NCBI GenBank assembly: GCA_016839805.1
Contig: JAEOTO010000032.1
Coordinates: 64,001 to 128,000, forward strand
Direction of reading: 5' to 3'
DNA: 64,000 bases
Source: Candidatus Hermodarchaeota archaeon
Lineage (GTDB): Archaea; Asgardarchaeota; Hermodarchaeia; Hermodarchaeales; Hermodarchaeaceae
In this document: positions 59,755 through 64,000 of the stretch, one piece after another
Position numbering within the stretch: position 1 is the stretch's first letter
Layout: every line of letters starts with the position of its first letter
Program-made: the position numbers and the translations under genes
Notes under the pieces: model-generated
The model's input: only the letters and a program-made list of their open reading frames with translations
What the model was told of the DNA's origin: nothing
The model's database searches: none

Positions 59755-59800
59755 GGACTACGAGGGCTTTTCGAGTTGTCCTCGTGTCCATCTTTTTCTT
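59755..59800 (+). terminator. Stem-loop plus U-rich tract between convergent genes
   Basis: GGAC(T)ACGAGGGC...GTCCTCGTGTCC, followed by ATCTTTTTCTT. Confidence 0.45.
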
Positions 59801-60804
59801 TACAAGTGTCTGGCTACTAGCTGGGTTAACTCGACAAGTCTTTGGCTAAAACCTGCCTCATTGTCATACCAGGATACAATATGCGCGAAATTATCATTGA
59901 GGATTTCAGTGAGTTCGCTGTCAAAGATGGATGAGTGGGTATTTCCAATTATATCTGTGGAGACAAGGGGATCTTCGTTATATTGGAGTATGCCTTTAAG
60001 ATGAGATTCTGCGGCTTTTCGGAAGACTTGGTTGAGTTCATTCTTTGTGGTCGTTTTGTCGAGTTCGACGCTAAGATCAATAATTGATCCGTCTGGTACA
60101 GGTACACGGTAAGCCATGGCAGCAAGTTTGTCCTTGAGCTGTGGGAATAAGCGAATGATGGCTTTACCTGCTCCAGTTGTAGTAGGGATAATATTGATAG
60201 CTGCAGCGCGGGCACGACGGTAGTCCTTATGAACAGCGTCGAGCATGCGTTGATCGAGGGTATAACCGTGAATGGTTGACATGAATCCGCGTTTAATTCC
60301 ATAGTTGTCCATGAGGACTTTAATCACGGGGGCAAAACAGTTTGTGGTACATGAGGCATTAGAGATAATGTGGTGGCTGTCAGGATCATAGGTGTTGTCA
60401 TTAACTCCAAGGACAAACATGGCATCTTCACCACGTCCAGGTGCTGAGATGATGACTTTTTGTGCACCTGCCTTCTGGTGCAAAGCGGCTTTGTCACGAT
60501 CTCGAAAGACACCAGTGGCTTCGATGGCAATGGCGACATCCAGTTTCTTCCAGGGGAGTTGAGAAGGATCTCGTTCTTGGAATATTTGTATTGAATGGTT
60601 ATCGATTATGATTTCATCCTTTGTAACCTTAATATTTCCAGGGTATTGCCCATAGATTGAATCGTAACGCAAAAGGTGTGCAAGAATTTGGGGGTCACCT
60701 AAATCGTTTGCTGCAACGATATCTAAGTCTTTGATTTTCAAAGCGCTACGGAGGAAGTTTCGACCGATTCGGCCAAGTCCGTTGATAGCTACTTTTACAG
60801 CCAT
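59800..60804 (-). CDS. gap: Class I glyceraldehyde-3-phosphate dehydrogenase
   Basis: VAINGLGRIGR, EATG.F, VIISAP, SNASCTTNC, RARAA..NIIPTTTGA, RVP, SWYDNE. Confidence 0.97.
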   Translation of the reverse strand: MAVKVAINGLGRIGRNFLRSALKIKDLDIVAANDLGDPQILAHLLRYDSIYGQYPGNIKVTKDEIIIDNHSIQIFQERDPSQLPWKKLDVAIAIEATGVFRDRDKAALHQKAGAQKVIISAPGRGEDAMFVLGVNDNTYDPDSHHIISNASCTTNCFAPVIKVLMDNYGIKRGFMSTIHGYTLDQRMLDAVHKDYRRARAAAINIIPTTTGAGKAIIRLFPQLKDKLAAMAYRVPVPDGSIIDLSVELDKTTTKNELNQVFRKAAESHLKGILQYNEDPLVSTDIIGNTHSSIFDSELTEILNDNFAHIVSWYDNEAGFSQRLVELTQLVARHL

Positions 60805-60913
60805 AAAGTATTCCTCCAGGGGAGTGACGATTCAATATTTTATGGCTATAAGTGTTTCCCGTATTTTTCATGTCTGAATTCTCGGTAATTTTGACAGTTT
60901 ATCGAAGAGAGAA

Positions 60914-61261
60914 TTAAATTTGTTCAATAATACTCATAGGAAGAGTCTCACGGGCAAGAAGATAAACAAGTGAGAGGAGAAAAAGATCGAAGTCAGCAAG
61001 ACCTTCGATATTTGCCCAGGGTTTTGACTCTAATGTGACACATAAAATTTTAGGTTCTTTTTCTTCTTGTAGTGCAGAAACATGGCCCATCTTTAAGTCG
61101 ACTTCGAAGGTTGCTTCTTTTCGTTCAATGAGTAATCGATTCCCACGAATTGTGAAGCCTGCGTCTTTGAGAATTTGTTTGAGTCGTTCGAGATTACGAC
61201 TTTGAGTGGGTTTCGGTTTTCCTGTCACTTGGAGGTCTCGTTTTCGTCGGAGATCGTGCAT
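60914..61261 (-). CDS. Hypothetical protein resembling the C-terminal domain of DUF4132-type proteins
   Basis: G..L.I......F.VDL..G.V...ILCV...LLS..YLLA....SI.EQI pattern. Confidence 0.55.
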   Translation of the reverse strand: MHDLRRKRDLQVTGKPKPTQSRNLERLKQILKDAGFTIRGNRLLIERKEATFEVDLKMGHVSALQEEKEPKILCVTLESKPWANIEGLADFDLFLLSLVYLLARETLPMSIIEQI

Positions 61262-61416
61262 CCATTGTTCACTTTCAGCTTCATTAGTGTGATTTGGTTT
61301 CGAAGACCGTTTATTAGAACGAGAAGGAGGATTGATAGAGATTCACACTCCAAGATGAAAGTCGATTCATTGGATAATTGGGAGCTTGGTGGAATAGATT
61401 TGCCTAACGAGAATTC

Positions 61417-61788
61417 TTACATGAATCCTCCGATATTTGCTGATGCCTTGGCGATTTCCACGTATGCGCCTTGAACATCACCCTGAGGAGAAACGTAGGC
61501 AATGACATATCCTTTGTCTCGTGCAGCAGTAATAACGATTGAACCTTGACCGCGGACATTTGTTGCTACGAGATGATGGTCTGTTGCTTGGATTGTACTG
61601 TATTTGACTCCCTGAATGGTAATACTTGGAGGCTTACTTTGAACGGCTGAAAGGATTTCCGGACCTGCGACTGTCCAATTTGGAGTAGTGAAAAGCACAG
61701 TTCCATCAATTCTAATGACTGAGACGGCCATAATTGTATTATCGACCTGCTGCATGTAGTTGATCCAGGCTTGAATATTATCCGACAT
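61417..61788 (-). CDS. Profilin (Asgard type)
   Basis: 123 aa; W..Y N-helix, I..DG.V...T.NW, SITIQGVKY, LVATN..GQG.I; ATG 61788. Confidence 0.9.
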   Translation of the reverse strand: MSDNIQAWINYMQQVDNTIMAVSVIRIDGTVLFTTPNWTVAGPEILSAVQSKPPSITIQGVKYSTIQATDHHLVATNVRGQGSIVITAARDKGYVIAYVSPQGDVQGAYVEIAKASANIGGFM

Positions 61789-61874
61789 GTTATGCCAACA
61801 CCTCTCACTGCAGGAGCGTAATTGATTTATTAAGACATTTTTGATATCGATAATAAAGGTTCTGGCGGAATGCC

Positions 61875-62156
61875 ATGATACAGCCACATGATAAGGGAAC
61901 CTTACTCTTCATTCGAGTAAAGCCACGATCAAAAAGACAAGCCATTAAATTTGATGAGGAAACTATCTGTCAAGTTCACGTCAAGGCACCGCCAATACAT
62001 GGCCGTGCTAATGCCGAAGTTAGAACTTTAGTAGCAAAATACCTTGAGATTTCACCAACAAAAGTGAAAATCGTATCCGGAAAAAAGGCTGAAAATAAGA
62101 CTCTACTCATTGAGGGAATAACTCCAGCAGCGGTTCGTGCCGCTTTAACCAGGTAA
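61875..62156 (+). CDS. DUF167 (UPF0235) family protein
   Basis: VKP.S, V.APP..GRAN.E, I.SG......K. Confidence 0.92.
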   Translation: MIQPHDKGTLLFIRVKPRSKRQAIKFDEETICQVHVKAPPIHGRANAEVRTLVAKYLEISPTKVKIVSGKKAENKTLLIEGITPAAVRAALTR

Positions 62157-62159
62157 CTA

Positions 62160-63935
62160 TTATTTTCCGACCTTTTTTTGCGCTTCATAAGCTGTGATTA
62201 TCTCGCTTACCGAGGTAGCTTCCTCTGGCGATTTGTCATATCGCCATGTGCCATCAAAGCGTGGAAATCGGATTGCTAATCCCTCATTTGGTGCCACTTG
62301 ATTAAATGCACAAGTATGCACCGGACTACGAGTAATTTCATCACCTACTACTTGAAATACTAGCACAGGATGAAACCACACATCCGCTTTCATCTTCGAA
62401 TCTACCAAGGGATCCTTTTTGGTCAATAGGTGTTCTTGGAATCTTTCCGGAAGCTGTTCAAGTTCCTCGTCGCTAAATCCAGTACCGACTTTACATACTG
62501 TTTTGAATACACCACTTTCTTCATCACGAACCGCGGCAAGAAGTGCGCCATAGGTTTTTGCCCGTCGCCCCCGACCCCAGAATGCCCCTACAACAACGAG
62601 GTCTACAGGACCAATAGCCTGTGCCTGATAAGATTCTTTCAGTTTCACCCAAAGCCAACTTCGTGCCCCTGCCCGGTATATGGAATCAGAGCTTGTTGAT
62701 TTGATAATAAGGCCTTCACTCCCATGGTCCAGTGCAGTTCGGAACATATCTTCAATTTCACTAGTCGAAAAGAGTTCTTTTGCAGGAACCATGCGCGCAT
62801 AATAACTTGTTTTAACAATATCCTTGAGGAATTTACGACGTTCTAAATACGAATTTCGAGTTAAATCAGTACCATTAGCGTAAAGACAGTCAAAGAAGAA
62901 AAGCGCTACCGGAATCTCTTTTACCATTTCATTAATTTTGTATTTTCGTCGCCGGCGCATTAGTACTTGAAATGGTAACAATTGTTTTGGATTATTTTTA
63001 TCAACGGCTACTGCTTCCCCTTCTACTATACACGTTTTTGCGTTCAGATGCTTTTGAGCAATATGAATAACGTCGGGGTACATTGATGAGATTTCCTCGA
63101 GGCGACGTGAAAAAATCGTAATATCATTTCCATCTTTATGGATTTGCATTCGTTCGCCATCAAGTTTCCATTCGCCTGAAAGTTTCCCTTCAAGTTTTTC
63201 TACAATTTCTTTAGGTGTCGATAATTTTTGAGCCGCCATCATCCGTATAGGTTTACCCAGACTTACTTCGACCAGCTCAACAGCTTGGAGCCCTTCAAAA
63301 GCAATTAGACCAGCAACGTATCCTAAATCACTAGTAAGATTATAAGCCCGTTCAATCTTCTCCCGATGTTCCTTCCCACCAGCGAATGCAACGGCAAGTG
63401 CGTCAAGTACTGTCATCTCAGCAACCCCCAACCTCAATGCCCCTGTTACTGTTCGAAGCAGATATCGCACTTCCAAGGGAACTGCGGCGTTGATTAGACC
63501 TGCTAAGGTTCGAATCTTGAAATCGGCACTCCCTGTTCCTTGAGCCGCTGCAATTTTAACTAAGGAACTGTAGACTTGTTGAATGTCGAGTGGGGCCTGG
63601 AATAGGGCTGCTTGGCGTTTTTCTTTAAGTAATTGCTCACATGCAGTACCGATGTCCCCTGTTGTGTTGACAACTTCAGTGACTTGTTGATTCTTGATGC
63701 CCAGGGCAATGGCTATTGCGTTGATAGCCATTTTCTCAGCGATACCGATTTCGGGTTTACCAGTCCAATCAGGATAGAGTTTTCCTTGTGTAAGATAAAC
63801 GACCTGACTGATCGTTTCGGCGTTAGTAACTTGAGCTAGTTTTGTAAATAGTTCAACCAAGATGTCTATCATTTCTAATCGTTTTGCCGTAGTTTCCAAT
63901 TGGTTGTAAAATTTGGAAAGTTCACGATACTGCAT
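62160..63935 (-). CDS. lig: ATP-dependent DNA ligase
   Basis: EWKLDGER.Q.H, FSRRLE, EGE, FD.L, EGLIIK, Y.AG.R...W.KLK, GRGRR, RFPRF. Confidence 0.98.
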   Translation of the reverse strand: MQYRELSKFYNQLETTAKRLEMIDILVELFTKLAQVTNAETISQVVYLTQGKLYPDWTGKPEIGIAEKMAINAIAIALGIKNQQVTEVVNTTGDIGTACEQLLKEKRQAALFQAPLDIQQVYSSLVKIAAAQGTGSADFKIRTLAGLINAAVPLEVRYLLRTVTGALRLGVAEMTVLDALAVAFAGGKEHREKIERAYNLTSDLGYVAGLIAFEGLQAVELVEVSLGKPIRMMAAQKLSTPKEIVEKLEGKLSGEWKLDGERMQIHKDGNDITIFSRRLEEISSMYPDVIHIAQKHLNAKTCIVEGEAVAVDKNNPKQLLPFQVLMRRRRKYKINEMVKEIPVALFFFDCLYANGTDLTRNSYLERRKFLKDIVKTSYYARMVPAKELFSTSEIEDMFRTALDHGSEGLIIKSTSSDSIYRAGARSWLWVKLKESYQAQAIGPVDLVVVGAFWGRGRRAKTYGALLAAVRDEESGVFKTVCKVGTGFSDEELEQLPERFQEHLLTKKDPLVDSKMKADVWFHPVLVFQVVGDEITRSPVHTCAFNQVAPNEGLAIRFPRFDGTWRYDKSPEEATSVSEIITAYEAQKKVGK

Positions 63936-64000
63936 ATCTAATCGCCGATAATCAAAGGGGATTAGTAGACAAAAGGATACCTTTTGATTAAATAAGTACC

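Noticed and set aside
2642-63839. Numerous 60-150 aa ORFs antisense or out of frame within long genes
   Set aside because: They fully overlap well-supported genes and show no motifs; treated as shadow ORFs.
1-64000. Genome-wide TAG recoding
   Set aside because: Several genes (uppS, nurA, mglA, rps8e, srp19) end in TAG exactly at their expected C-termini.

Overview
Gene-dense (~65 CDS), mostly core chromosomal segment of an archaeon, very likely Asgard. The lineage call rests on a profilin, a Rab-like GTPase, a longin-like protein, four roadblock proteins around an MglA-type GTPase and an OPTI/EMC6-like membrane protein, set among TACK/Asgard-type informational genes (cdc6-gins23, nop5-fibrillarin, gar1-tfb-TFEbeta, eS30, eS8, SRP19, SMC-ScpAB, NurA-HerA, IleRS, NucS, Rio2, Rqc2, CCA enzyme, DNA ligase). 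No rRNA, CRISPR or mobile element was seen. Reading beyond the ORF track gave six main results. (1) A tRNA-Ile with the rare UAU anticodon, split by two BHB-type introns and carrying an A19-U56 swap, lies directly behind ileS. (2) Conserved genes appear to start at non-canonical codons (gar1 CTG, tfb ACG, NYN-like ATA), and the eS30 gene has an in-frame TAG at codon 4. (3) An MglA + four-roadblock cluster recalls Rag/Ragulator architecture. (4) There is an OPTI/RAB5IF-like protein. (5) An uncharacterised cluster of winged-helix proteins includes a single-repeat TFB/cyclin-like protein. (6) There is a class I (bacterial/eukaryote-type) GAPDH. All family calls come from motif recognition by eye; no searches were run.
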